Below the pieces are notes generated by a model. The model made no database searches. It had not been told where the DNA came from and saw nothing but the letters and a program-made list of their open reading frames with translations. A program made the position numbers and the translations under genes. A DNA stretch of 64,000 bases, from assembly GCA_040767085.1 (NCBI GenBank), contig JAXGPF010000006.1, positions 224,001-288,000 on the forward strand, read 5' to 3'. Origin of the DNA: Kiritimatiellia bacterium (GTDB taxonomy: Bacteria > Verrucomicrobiota > Kiritimatiellia > JAAZAB01). This document shows, in pieces, positions 1-9,563 of this stretch (position 1 is the stretch's first letter; each line of letters starts with the position of its first letter).

Positions 1-13
1 AGAGGAGATTCCC

Positions 14-640
14 ATGAATGAACGCGCTCAAATGCTGGTGCCGATGGTAGTGGAACAGACCGGTCGCGGCGAACGCGCCTATGACATTTACTCGCGTCTG
101 CTCAAAGACCGCATTGTTTTTCTCGGCACCGCGGTAACGGACGAAGTCAGCAGCCTGGTCGTGGCCCAGTTGCTCTTTCTGCAGGCCGAAGACGCCGGCA
201 AGGAAATCAGTTTTTACATCAATTCACCCGGCGGCTCGGTGACCGCCGGCATGGCCATTTATGATACCATGCAGTTTGTGAAATGCGATGTGGCTACTTA
301 CTGCGTGGGCCAGGCCGCCAGTTTCGGCGCCGTATTGCTGGCCGCCGGCACCCCGGGCAAGCGTTTCGCCCTCCCCAACTCCCGGATCATGATGCACCAG
401 CCCTGGGGCGGCACCCAGGGCACCGCGTCGGATATCAGCATTCAAGCCAGGGAAATTCTGCGCCTGCGCGACATCATCAATGGCATCCTTTCCAAGCACA
501 CCGGCAAGCCCGCCGAAACCGTGGCGCGGGACACCGACCGGGATTATTTCATGTCGGCGGAAGAAGCCAAGGCGTACGGCCTGGTGGATGCCGTAGTCTC
601 CAGCCGCCGCGCGGTGGAAACCGGCAACGCCAAGCATTGA
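14..640 (+). CDS. clpP: ATP-dependent Clp protease proteolytic subunit
   Basis: [24 protein letters not shown] (catalytic Ser), MMHQP and DTDRD motifs; GAGGAG RBS; followed by clpX. Confidence 0.97.
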   Translation: MNERAQMLVPMVVEQTGRGERAYDIYSRLLKDRIVFLGTAVTDEVSSLVVAQLLFLQAEDAGKEISFYINSPGGSVTAGMAIYDTMQFVKCDVATYCVGQAASFGAVLLAAGTPGKRFALPNSRIMMHQPWGGTQGTASDISIQAREILRLRDIINGILSKHTGKPAETVARDTDRDYFMSAEEAKAYGLVDAVVSSRRAVETGNAKH

Positions 641-677
641 CGGCAGCCGGCCGGACGATTATGGGAAGCATATCATC

Positions 678-1925
678 ATGACGCGCAAAAAAATGCCTGC
701 CTGCGGATTTTGCGGACGACCGCAATCGCAGGTCCGCCAACTGGTCATCGGCCCGGAAGTCAACATCTGCGACGACTGCATCAAGCTCTGCGAGTCCATG
801 CTGCAGCCGGCGGCTGCCTCCGGGGGCAAGCCGGAGCAGTTCAAAATCCTGAAGCCGCAGCAAATCAAGCGTTTCCTCGACGACTATGTCATCGGCCAGG
901 AACAGGCCAAAAAAGTGCTGTCCGTCGCCGTTTACAACCACTACAAGCGCCTGACCCAGTCGGACGCCATCCCCCGGGATAACCCGCTCGCCAAAGTGGA
1001 AATCCAGAAGAGCAATATCCTGCTCCTGGGCCCCACCGGCAGCGGCAAGACCCTGCTCGCGCAGACCCTGGCGCGCGTGCTCGACGTTCCTTTCAGCATC
1101 GCCGACGCCACGCCCCTGACCGAGGCCGGCTACGTCGGCGAGGATGTCGAAAACATCCTGCTGCGCCTGATCCAGGCCGCCAACATGGATGTAGCGCGCG
1201 CGGAAAAGGGCATCATTTACATTGACGAGATCGACAAAATCGGCCGGCGGGCGGAAAACGTCTCCATCACCCGCGATGTTTCCGGCGAAGGCGTCCAGCA
1301 GGCGCTGCTGAAAATCCTCGAAGGCACCATTGCCAACGTGCCGGCGCATGGCGGCCGCAAGCACCCGCAGGAACAATTCATCCGCATCAACACCGAGGGC
1401 ATCCTTTTCATCTGCGGCGGCGCTTTCGTGGGATTGGATGACATCGTGCGCCGCCGCCTTGGCGCCCGCGCCATGGGCTTCGGCGCCGGCAACGCCGGCG
1501 CGGCCGCGGCTGGCGACCTGGAAAACATCATCCGGCACGTCGAGCCCGAAGATTTGATCCGTTACGGCATGATTCCCGAATTCGTCGGCCGCATTCCGGT
1601 GGTGACGGCGCTGGACGCCCTGAACGAAGCCGAACTGGTGCGGGTGCTGACCGAACCCCGCAACAGCATGGTCCGCCAGTATGAAAAACTGATGGCAATG
1701 GAAAAAATCAAGCTCTCGTTCGCGCCGGAAGCTCTCCGCGAAATGGCGCGCATGGCGATCCGGAAAAAAACCGGCGCCCGCGGGCTGCGCGCGATCCTCG
1801 AACAAATCATGCTCGACCTGATGTACGAAGCGCCATCACGCACCAAGACGGAATACCACGTTACGGACCGCGTCGTCACCGGGGCGGATTCGATCTTCGA
1901 CCATGCCGGCCGGATCAGCGCTTGA
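678..1925 (+). CDS. clpX: ATP-dependent Clp protease ATP-binding subunit
   Basis: N-terminal C4 zinc finger (CGFC...CDDC), Walker [29 protein letters not shown]. Confidence 0.97.
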   Translation: MTRKKMPACGFCGRPQSQVRQLVIGPEVNICDDCIKLCESMLQPAAASGGKPEQFKILKPQQIKRFLDDYVIGQEQAKKVLSVAVYNHYKRLTQSDAIPRDNPLAKVEIQKSNILLLGPTGSGKTLLAQTLARVLDVPFSIADATPLTEAGYVGEDVENILLRLIQAANMDVARAEKGIIYIDEIDKIGRRAENVSITRDVSGEGVQQALLKILEGTIANVPAHGGRKHPQEQFIRINTEGILFICGGAFVGLDDIVRRRLGARAMGFGAGNAGAAAAGDLENIIRHVEPEDLIRYGMIPEFVGRIPVVTALDALNEAELVRVLTEPRNSMVRQYEKLMAMEKIKLSFAPEALREMARMAIRKKTGARGLRAILEQIMLDLMYEAPSRTKTEYHVTDRVVTGADSIFDHAGRISA

Positions 1926-1950
1926 CCGGCACGCATGCCCGGCGGGCGTG

Positions 1951-2433
1951 TCAGTCCCCGGTGAATTCCCGCAAATGCGTATTGTGTTCCCGGATGCCGC
2001 CGGCCTGGCGTTGTCCAGTACCGAACGACTGGCAGGCGCCTTGAACCAGCAGAATGGCCCCCGCCATGGCGGCCAGGCTGACGCACCAGGGAATCAACGC
2101 TCCCCAGTAACTTACCTGCATCAGTCCGCAAATCACGACCACGCTGAAGACCAGCCCGACCAGCCCCAGCAGCCCCCAGGCCATGAGATGACCCGGCAGG
2201 TGCGCCTGCGTCACCGCCACCACGGCAACGGCCATGGCCCAGGCGATTAACACGACCAGCAGTGACCGCCAGAATCCAGGCTGCTCAAACCGGAAGGCCC
2301 GGCCGGCCAGCCACAGCGTCAGCGTCCCCGCCAGAATGGCCAGGCCCAGGGTCAGCCAGCGCTCGAAATCCGAGCCCGGCGCCTGGAGCAGCCAATCCAG
2401 CGCCGGCAGAATCTGAACAATGTACTTTTGCAT
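1951..2433 (-). CDS. hypothetical membrane protein (about 4 TM helices)
   Basis: 160-aa ORF with four hydrophobic segments, GGAGG RBS, co-oriented just downstream of panD. Confidence 0.7.
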   Translation of the reverse strand: MQKYIVQILPALDWLLQAPGSDFERWLTLGLAILAGTLTLWLAGRAFRFEQPGFWRSLLVVLIAWAMAVAVVAVTQAHLPGHLMAWGLLGLVGLVFSVVVICGLMQVSYWGALIPWCVSLAAMAGAILLVQGACQSFGTGQRQAGGIREHNTHLREFTGD

Positions 2434-2451
2434 GGCAAGCGCCTCCCATGA

Positions 2452-2817
2452 TTATACTTCGCACAGCGGTCCGGCTGGACGGTTATGTTCGTCCAGCACC
2501 AGCACCAACGGCCGGTGCCGCCGGGCTTCCGCCGCCGGCACGGCGGCGAAGGCCATCACCACCAGCCGGTCGCCGATGCGCCCCAACTGCGCCGCCGGCC
2601 CGTTCAGGCACACAACGCCGGAATGGCGCGGCGCCGGCATGGCATAAGTTTCAAAGCGGTTGGCATTAGCGCGGTTGGACACCAGGATTTTTTCGTACGG
2701 CAGGATTTTCACCGCGTCCATCAATTCCTGGTCCAGGGTTAGACTACCCTGGTAATCCGGCTCCACCGCCGTGACAGCGGCCATGTGCAACTTGGATTTC
2801 AGCATGATCAGGTCCAT
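2452..2817 (-). CDS. panD: aspartate 1-decarboxylase
   Basis: MLKSKLH, YQGS (Gly-Ser self-cleavage site), RFETY, LNGPAA; start moved to the ATG at 2817 after a GGAGGAG RBS. Confidence 0.95.
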   Translation of the reverse strand: MDLIMLKSKLHMAAVTAVEPDYQGSLTLDQELMDAVKILPYEKILVSNRANANRFETYAMPAPRHSGVVCLNGPAAQLGRIGDRLVVMAFAAVPAAEARRHRPLVLVLDEHNRPAGPLCEV

Positions 2818-2929
2818 GTAGCTTCTCCTCCCCTGGAGCCCATTTATACAACTTGCCCGGCTGAAATCCAAGCAAAGTTTACGCAGGCGGCCGGCGCTGA
2901 CAGGCCTGCGTCATGCTCAGCGGCTTGCT

Positions 2930-3250
2930 CCCGCGCCTTGTGCGCCGTTCCGGATGAAAAGGCAGGGCGCGCAGTGCCGTCAGCGCGGCCCGCGCCTTGC
3001 GCGCCGTTCCGGAGGTAGGGCGCGATCTCCGAGCGCGCCGTTCCGGATCGGAGGCAGCCAGGGCGCTAGCCGCGGCAGCGGCACTGGCCGCCCCACCGAA
3101 GGATGAATACGGATTCCGGAGGCAGGGCGGGGTCTCCCTGCGGGCTACGTCCGGCTTTGACGGACGTCGCTTAAGCTATACAGGAAATACAGGACAAGCC
3201 GCACCAAGTCATCTTTTCCGGGAATGACGCAGCCCTGTCGGCGCCGGAGG
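2930..3250. repeat. cluster of GC-rich REP-like palindromes and dispersed repeat
   Basis: GTAG-GGCGCG-N9-CGCGCC at 3015-3039; direct repeat CCCGCGCCTTGYGCGCCGTTCCGGA at about 2930 and 2989; 3121-3240 resembles 38115-38200. Confidence 0.55.
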
Positions 3251-3257
3251 TTGAATA

Positions 3258-3605
3258 TTATACGCCACGGTCAAGAATTCGCTTAAGCACGACCGCTTCG
3301 TTGTGCAACTCATCCTTGGCGGCGTAAACAAGGGTGATGTCTCCCTGACGCGCGAGCGCTCTAAGCTCTGACAATACCGGATTGATTTTAAGCTCGGTAA
3401 GATATTTCCTTTGAAACTCGGGCCACTTTTCAGGATCGTGCCCGAACCATTTGCGCAGTCCGGTGGATGGCGCCGCGTCCTTCAGCCAAAGATCGATTTT
3501 AGCCTTGCTCTTTGTCAATCCGCGCGGCCAGAGCCTGTCAACGAGAATTCGCATCCCGTCGGTTTTTGCCGGTACTTCATAAGCTCGTTTCAGGAAAATG
3601 CTCAT
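3258..3605 (-). CDS. DUF488 (YeaO-like) family protein
   Basis: KRAYE...DGMRILVDRLWPRG...WLKDAAPSTGLRKWFGHDP...ITLVYAAKD..HN motifs. Confidence 0.9.
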   Translation of the reverse strand: MSIFLKRAYEVPAKTDGMRILVDRLWPRGLTKSKAKIDLWLKDAAPSTGLRKWFGHDPEKWPEFQRKYLTELKINPVLSELRALARQGDITLVYAAKDELHNEAVVLKRILDRGV

Positions 3606-3623
3606 CTTTTACCTCTCTGTGAC

Positions 3624-3659
3624 GCTTAACGTTGCCCTTGAGCGGCGCGCGTTAACGCG
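3624..3659 (-). other. partial attC-like integron recombination site
   Basis: On the minus strand, CGCGTTAACGCGCGCCGCTCAAGGGCAAC-GTTAAGC ends in a GTTRRRY core 18 nt before the DUF488 ATG; only one arm is present. Confidence 0.45.
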
Positions 3660-3668
3660 GAGTAGTTA

Positions 3669-4781
3669 GGGTCACGTCTAAATTTGTAATATTTTCAGCA
3701 CTTTACAGCAGGCCGTATTGACATCTCTGTCAATCTCGCGTTGGGCTTCCAAGCGTCGCACCGCTTCACCAACTGCAGCATAATCCAGGCCGCCCACCGC
3801 CGCGCCAAGTTCATGATAGGTCAGCCCGGTGCAAGCCCGCGCCGCCCATAATGCCACATCCCGCCCCCAATCGCCATGCCGGTTGACAAAGACCGCCCAC
3901 TTTTCCTGCTTCACCGTTTCAACCGTTTTAACCACCTCCGCAAAACTACGTAAGCCGCGTAAAGCACGCTTCGCCGGCCACTCCCGGCATAACGGTTTAG
4001 CTCCTTGCTTTATAGCCTGAAAATATCCTTCGGCGCCAACCGCCAAATTGCTTCGCAAGCGCTCGGCCCAGTTCTCGGCATAGCCACCCCTGACATATCG
4101 CTCAAGTTCCGCACGATACCGCCGGCACCGCTCCGCCCCACGACCGCCTGCTCTTTTCAAAATCGCTTCCTGATGCAACCAGTCCGGGCCGCGGTTATAA
4201 CCGGCAAAGGCACAATATGAACTCCACGCATGCTCCCGTAACACCTTCAGCCGTGAAGCCACCTCGGTGGCACTAGCCGCCTGCTTCAACCCTAACCCTT
4301 CAAGACGCCGCCCGTGTTTATCCAGCCCCAGCCATTTCACACGCACCGGATTCAAATGCACATACTGGCTCAGCCGATAGAGCCACCCACCGCCCTCCAC
4401 CGGCACACTCTTAAAGCGCCCCTGGAACAACGGCCCAACCCGGTCATGCCGCCGGTTAAACCAAATACTGTAGCTCACATTTAACCATTGCATCCCACGG
4501 CTTAGATTGCCCTCCGGCACGCGCACAATCAAATGATAGTGATTGTCCATCAGCACATAACCATGCACTTCAAACGCATAGCGCTGGCTAACCTTTGCAA
4601 GCAACCCCATAAGATGCTCGTAATCGCCCTGGTCGCAAAAGATCCCCGCGCGATTAATCCCGCGGTTCACCACGTGATACCACCCGCCTGCATGCTGCAA
4701 TCGAAGTGCTCTAGCCATGTTTAGATGCCAACACAATCCGTAATTCTTGTCAAGTATTTATTACTTATTTAGACATGACCC
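3669..4781 (-). mobile_element. RAYT-type HUH transposase element with 23-bp imperfect terminal inverted repeats
   Basis: GGGTCACGTCTAAATTTGTAATA (3669-3691) vs the reverse complement of 4759-4781, GGGTCATGTCTAAATAAGTAATA (20/23); TTA on both flanks. Confidence 0.75.
3678..4718 (-). CDS. REP-associated tyrosine (Y1/HUH) transposase with C-terminal DnaA-C-like helical domain
   Basis: YHVVNRG, YVLMDNHYHL (HUH), GPLFQGRFKS, YVHLNPVR, WSSY. Confidence 0.92.
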   Translation of the reverse strand: MARALRLQHAGGWYHVVNRGINRAGIFCDQGDYEHLMGLLAKVSQRYAFEVHGYVLMDNHYHLIVRVPEGNLSRGMQWLNVSYSIWFNRRHDRVGPLFQGRFKSVPVEGGGWLYRLSQYVHLNPVRVKWLGLDKHGRRLEGLGLKQAASATEVASRLKVLREHAWSSYCAFAGYNRGPDWLHQEAILKRAGGRGAERCRRYRAELERYVRGGYAENWAERLRSNLAVGAEGYFQAIKQGAKPLCREWPAKRALRGLRSFAEVVKTVETVKQEKWAVFVNRHGDWGRDVALWAARACTGLTYHELGAAVGGLDYAAVGEAVRRLEAQREIDRDVNTACCKVLKILQI

Positions 4782-4973
4782 TTATCTGATTATCTGCCGC
4801 CGCATGACTCCAGTTGGCGATATTATACTGGACAACACCGGAATTATTGAGCAAAATTCATTATGTATGATTAATTAGCGGCCAACGATCATACACACGT
4901 GAGCCAGGTTGCCGGGCGGCGTTTATTACGCAAACATTTTGCCTTGGATTATCGGCGAATTTCAGTTCTGCCT

Positions 4974-6698
4974 ATGAATGTTTTAAGCGAACAACACATA
5001 TTGCTGTTTTTAATCCAGCTGCTCATCCTCATGGGATGCGCGCGCGGGGCCGGCGCATTGTTACACCGCATCAACCAGCCAAGTCTTCCCGGCGAGATAT
5101 TTGTTGGATTGCTTTTAGGCCCCACCTTGTTTGGCAGATTTCTGCCGGATATCCAACAGATTCTGTTTCCTCCGGATCCCGTTCAATGGGCGATGCTGGA
5201 TGCGGTGTCTTGGCTGGGGGTGTTGTTTCTGCTGCTGGATACGGGGTTGGAAGTGGATTTTTCCATTGCCTGGCGGCGGCGTGGCAGCGCGTTGATGATA
5301 GCCGTCGCCGACATCATTATTCCCATCCTGCTGGTGTTTGCGGTCTTCGTCTGGATGCCGGGCCGTTATTTTGTCGACCCCGGAGATCGCTGGCTGGTGG
5401 CGCTCTTTATTGGAACCGTTTTGACGATCAGCGAGCTTCCGGCAACGGCAAGCGTGCTCAACGATCTCCGGTTGATTAAATCTGAAATGGGGTACCTGAT
5501 ATTGTCGGCCCTGACCGTCAACGATCTCATTGGCTGGGTTTTATTTACGATCATGCTGGGGATGTTCACCGCCGCCGTGGCCGCCTATGGCTCCATTGCC
5601 ATCGTGTTTCTCGGGACCATTGCCTTTGCCGCCCTGGCTTTGACCCTGGGCAGGCGATTATCCACCGTCCTGTTTGACTATCTCAAGAATAAGGATGTGG
5701 CCGAGCCGGCTACGTCCCTCACCATCACCATGCTGCTGGGACTGTTGTTTGGCAGCGTAACCCAGTGGATGGGCATCCATGCGCTATTCGGCTTTTTCAT
5801 TGCGGGGATCGTCGTGGGCGAGGCGAAAGCGGTCTCCGAACAGACCCGCAGGATTATTTCTCAATTGGTGCATACGCTTTTTGTGCCGATTTTCTTCGCG
5901 ACGATCGGGCTTAAAATCGACTTTATCGGCGAATTCGATTGGCTGGCGATCATCGTGATCTTTGCGGCGGGTGTCGGCGGGCGGTATCTTGGCGCATGGC
6001 TTGGCGTAACCTGGAGTTCCGTGCCGCGCATCAATCGTGATTTGATTTCCATCGCGCACACGCCCGGCGGCATTATGCAGATCGTGATCGCTATCCTGGC
6101 GCTCGAAAGCAGGATTATCACGAATGCCGTATTCGTTTCCATTGTGCTGGGAGCGATCCTGTCAACCATGCTCATGGGCCCCTGGATGAAGCGGTCTTTT
6201 TCCAAACGCACGGCCTTGCAGCCAGGCGACCTGCTTCGCATCGGCGCAATCATTCCGCACCTTGAATCAACGGACCGCCAGGGAGCGATTTGGGAGATGG
6301 CTGCGGCCTTGGCGGCAGCCGGCGGCGTCAAGTCTCATGAGCGCTTGCTGTCCAAAATCATGACACGCGAGGCGGATTTCGGGACGGCCATCGGCTCGGG
6401 TATCGCCATTCCCCATGCCCGCCTGGAGCATTTAAAGGATCCGGTCATCGCCTTCGGCCGTTCGGTAGCGGGCCTTGACTGGAATGCGCCCGACGGCCAG
6501 CCTGTACGTTATGTTTTCCTGCTTGCGACACCGCTGGACATGGAAGACATGCATATACAGATACTGGCTGTCATCGCGCGCAATATGTCGCATCATAAAT
6601 TTGAAAAGCGGCTGCGGGAGGCCACCAGCTCGAACGAAATCGAAACAATACTGAGGTCGGACATATTTAATGCTGGATCCGGGACACCGGACGCTTGA
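4974..6698 (+). CDS. cation:proton antiporter (CPA2/Kef-like) fused to C-terminal PTS EIIA(Fru/Ntr-type) domain
   Basis: Multi-TM N-terminus with GEIFVGLLLGPT, GLEVD and NDLIGW; C-terminal RE..FGTAIGSGIAIPHAR...WNAPDGQPV. Confidence 0.88.
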   Translation: MNVLSEQHILLFLIQLLILMGCARGAGALLHRINQPSLPGEIFVGLLLGPTLFGRFLPDIQQILFPPDPVQWAMLDAVSWLGVLFLLLDTGLEVDFSIAWRRRGSALMIAVADIIIPILLVFAVFVWMPGRYFVDPGDRWLVALFIGTVLTISELPATASVLNDLRLIKSEMGYLILSALTVNDLIGWVLFTIMLGMFTAAVAAYGSIAIVFLGTIAFAALALTLGRRLSTVLFDYLKNKDVAEPATSLTITMLLGLLFGSVTQWMGIHALFGFFIAGIVVGEAKAVSEQTRRIISQLVHTLFVPIFFATIGLKIDFIGEFDWLAIIVIFAAGVGGRYLGAWLGVTWSSVPRINRDLISIAHTPGGIMQIVIAILALESRIITNAVFVSIVLGAILSTMLMGPWMKRSFSKRTALQPGDLLRIGAIIPHLESTDRQGAIWEMAAALAAAGGVKSHERLLSKIMTREADFGTAIGSGIAIPHARLEHLKDPVIAFGRSVAGLDWNAPDGQPVRYVFLLATPLDMEDMHIQILAVIARNMSHHKFEKRLREATSSNEIETILRSDIFNAGSGTPDA

Positions 6699-6711
6699 GA
6701 TCCTTGCAAAA

Positions 6712-6863
6712 GCAACAGTTCAGCCCTTTTCACCGCCCCGGAGTCATGAGGAATCAGCGTAGAGGGCGGCATGTGCGGCGGAGGTGTCGGCGGTGACGAG
6801 TTTATAGAGGAAGCGGATGGACGGCTGGTTTTGGCGGCGGGCGGTGCCGAGGATGCTGGCAGT
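6712..6863 (-). pseudogene. IS66-family transposase C-terminal remnant with degenerate terminal IR
   Basis: Minus frame reads TASILGTARRQNQPSIRFLYKLVTADTSAAHAALYADSS* (stop 6744-6746); GCAACAGTTCAGC at 6712 resembles GTAA-type IS66 ends. Confidence 0.45.
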
Positions 6864-6907
6864 CGTGGATACAGGCTGCGGGCTGCAAAGTCAGGCCGGT
6901 ATCTGGT

Positions 6908-6936
6908 TTACCGGAACGCTAACATATTTCTAATAA
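6908..6936 (+). promoter_or_regulatory. Pho-box-like direct repeats upstream of phoB
   Basis: TTACCGG, CTAACAT and CTAATAA at 6908, 6919 and 6930 (11-bp period). Confidence 0.6.
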
Positions 6937-6978
6937 TTTTGAGCTTTATCCATGCCGGTGCTTTGCTAGACTCGCGGC

Positions 6979-7665
6979 ATGGTCAAGGCAAAAATATTCA
7001 TCGTCGAGGACGAGGCTGACATCCTTGAACTGCTCCGTCACAACCTGGCCCGCGAGGGCTACCAGGTCTTTACCGCCGCCACGGGCGAGGAAGCGGTCAA
7101 AAACATCCCCCGCCAGATGCCGGACCTGGTGCTGCTCGATTTGATGCTGCCCGGCCTGGACGGCCTGGAAGTCTGCCGCGCGCTCAAGCAGTCGCCGCAA
7201 ACCGCAGGCATCCCCATCATCATGGTCACCGCCAAGGGCGAGGAAAGCGATATTGTCGCCGGGCTGGAACTGGGCGCGGATGATTATATCGCCAAGCCCT
7301 TCAGTCTCAAGGTCCTGGTAGCCCGCGTGCGGTCGCTGCTCCGCCGCAAGCGCAACATACTGGCGGATCCGGCGGCCATCGTCCGCGCGCATGACCTGGT
7401 CGTCAACCCCGGCCGGCACGAAGTCCTGCTCAAGGGCAAGCCGTTGGAAATGACCTTTTCCGAACTGCGCATCCTGCATTACCTCGCGAGCCGCCCGGGC
7501 TGGGTCATGACCCGCGACCAGATCGTGGACGCCGTGCGCGGCGCGGATTATGCCGTCACCGACCGGGCAGTGGACGTGCAGATTGTCGGCATCCGCCGGA
7601 AACTGGGCACGCGCGCGGACTACATAGAAACCGTGCGCGGCGTGGGCTATCGTTTCAAGGAATGA
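6979..7665 (+). CDS. phoB: OmpR/PhoB-family response regulator
   Basis: IVEDE, LLDLMLPG, GADDYIAKPF, winged helix DRAVDVQI...IETVRGVGY; pst context. Confidence 0.9.
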   Translation: MVKAKIFIVEDEADILELLRHNLAREGYQVFTAATGEEAVKNIPRQMPDLVLLDLMLPGLDGLEVCRALKQSPQTAGIPIIMVTAKGEESDIVAGLELGADDYIAKPFSLKVLVARVRSLLRRKRNILADPAAIVRAHDLVVNPGRHEVLLKGKPLEMTFSELRILHYLASRPGWVMTRDQIVDAVRGADYAVTDRAVDVQIVGIRRKLGTRADYIETVRGVGYRFKE

Positions 7666-9449
7666 CCGGAACCATGCGTCCGCAAAAACTTGTTTGGCGC
7701 ATTTATTTCTCTTTTTTCGCCGCCACGCTGCTGGCGTTGACTGCCGCCGCCTGGCTGGCGGCGCGCGCTTTCCGCGAGTTTCATCAAACTCATACCGCGG
7801 ATGTGCTGGTGGCGCGCGCCCGGATTATCGCACAGGGCCTGGTGCAGGACCCGGCGGCGGATCCCGCCCGGATGGATGCCCTTTGCAAGGAGCTGGGGCG
7901 GCTGTCCGCAACCCGGATTTCCATCATTCTGCCGGGCGGACGCGTCGTTGGCGACTCGGAAGAAAAACCTGAAGGCATGGAAAACCATCGGCGCCGCCAG
8001 GAAGTGGCGGCGGCGCTGGACGGGCGGGACGGCCAGGCCGTCCGTTACAGCAACACGCTCCGGCGGAACCTGATGTATGTCGCCGTGCCGGCCGTGCATG
8101 CCGGCCAGGTGATGGCGGTAGTCCGGACGGCGCTGCCGTTGGCGGATGTGCACTGGGCGCTGGCGGCGGTCTACCGCCACATCGCCGCCGGCGTCGCGGC
8201 GGTCGCCCTGCTTTTCGCCGTGATCGCCCTCGTCCTGTCGCACCGCATTTCCCGCCCGTTATCGGAAATGCGTGCGGCCGCCGAGCGCATATCCCGGGGC
8301 GAACTTGACACCCGCGTGGCCGACGGCGGCGGCGACGAGATCGGCGCCCTGGCCCGCGCGCTGAACCGCATGGCGCGCGCGCTGCGGGAGCGCATGGAAA
8401 CAATTGACCGCCAGCGCACCGAGCAGGCCGCCGTCCTGGCCGGCATGGCGGAAGGCGTCTTGGCCCTGGACGGCGACGGGCGGGTCATACAAATCAACCG
8501 CGCGGCCGAACAACTGCTGGAATGCCCTGCCGGCCAGGCGCGCGGCCGCATGCTCCAGGAAATCGCGCGCAACCGGCAACTGCAGGAATTCGCTGCCGCG
8601 ACCCTCGCAGCCCGGGCGCCGGGTGAAACCGAAATCGTTTTGCACGGCCCGCAGGAAATTTTCCTGCAACTGCACGGCGCGGCGCTGCAGGACCATGCCG
8701 GCCGGCAAATCGGCGCCGTGATCGTCTTGAACGACATCTCGCGGCTCAAACGCCTGGAAAACATGCGCCGCGATTTCGTCGCCAACGTCTCGCATGAACT
8801 GAAAACCCCGATCACCGCCATCAAGGGCTGCGTGGAAACCCTGGCCAACACCGCGGCCGCCGGCGGCGCGGAAACGGAACGTTTCCTGGCCATGCTGGCC
8901 CGTCACACCCGGCGCCTGGATGCGATTGTCGAAGATTTATTAAACCTCTCCCGGATCGAATTCGACGCGGAGCGGCAGAATACCCCCCTGGAACCAACCG
9001 CCGTTGCCGGAGTGCTCCGCCGCGCGGTTGACGCCCTGGCGGCGGCCGCCGCCGCCAAGCGCATCGCCATCGCGCTGGCCTGCCCGGACGGACTGGCCGC
9101 GCCGATCAACGCGCCGCTTCTGGAAACCGCCGTCGTAAACCTTTTAAGCAACGCCGTTAAATTCAGCGGCCCGGACACGCGCATCGAAGTGCGGGCGGAA
9201 GCCGCGCACGGCCGGCTGGCGATCAGCGTTGCCGATCAGGGCCCCGGGATTGAAGCCAGGCACATCCCCCGCATTTTTGAGCGGTTCTACCGCGTGGACC
9301 AGGCGCGCAGCCGCGCGCTGGGCGGCACGGGGCTGGGCCTGGCGATCGTCAAGCACATCGCTATCGCCCACCGCGGGACTGCCGCCGTAACCAGCACACC
9401 CGGTGCCGGCTCCATTTTCACCATCACCATCCCGCAGTCACTTCCCTGA
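7662..9449 (+). CDS. phoR: phosphate regulon sensor histidine kinase (HAMP-PAS-HisKA-HATPase)
   Basis: MENH..R.EV sensor motif, RRDFVANVSHELKTP, FERFYRVD..RSR..GGTGLGLAIVKH. Confidence 0.92.
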   Translation: MTGTMRPQKLVWRIYFSFFAATLLALTAAAWLAARAFREFHQTHTADVLVARARIIAQGLVQDPAADPARMDALCKELGRLSATRISIILPGGRVVGDSEEKPEGMENHRRRQEVAAALDGRDGQAVRYSNTLRRNLMYVAVPAVHAGQVMAVVRTALPLADVHWALAAVYRHIAAGVAAVALLFAVIALVLSHRISRPLSEMRAAAERISRGELDTRVADGGGDEIGALARALNRMARALRERMETIDRQRTEQAAVLAGMAEGVLALDGDGRVIQINRAAEQLLECPAGQARGRMLQEIARNRQLQEFAAATLAARAPGETEIVLHGPQEIFLQLHGAALQDHAGRQIGAVIVLNDISRLKRLENMRRDFVANVSHELKTPITAIKGCVETLANTAAAGGAETERFLAMLARHTRRLDAIVEDLLNLSRIEFDAERQNTPLEPTAVAGVLRRAVDALAAAAAAKRIAIALACPDGLAAPINAPLLETAVVNLLSNAVKFSGPDTRIEVRAEAAHGRLAISVADQGPGIEARHIPRIFERFYRVDQARSRALGGTGLGLAIVKHIAIAHRGTAAVTSTPGAGSIFTITIPQSLP

Positions 9450-9563
9450 TGGTATTCCTCTGCAACATAACGCCACCTTGGCGTCTTGCCGTATCCTGCG
9501 CATTCTTAACGAAGCAGGGGCGGTTCATTCTTCTTCTCCCGCCCTTGGCGTTCCTGCCCCGCC

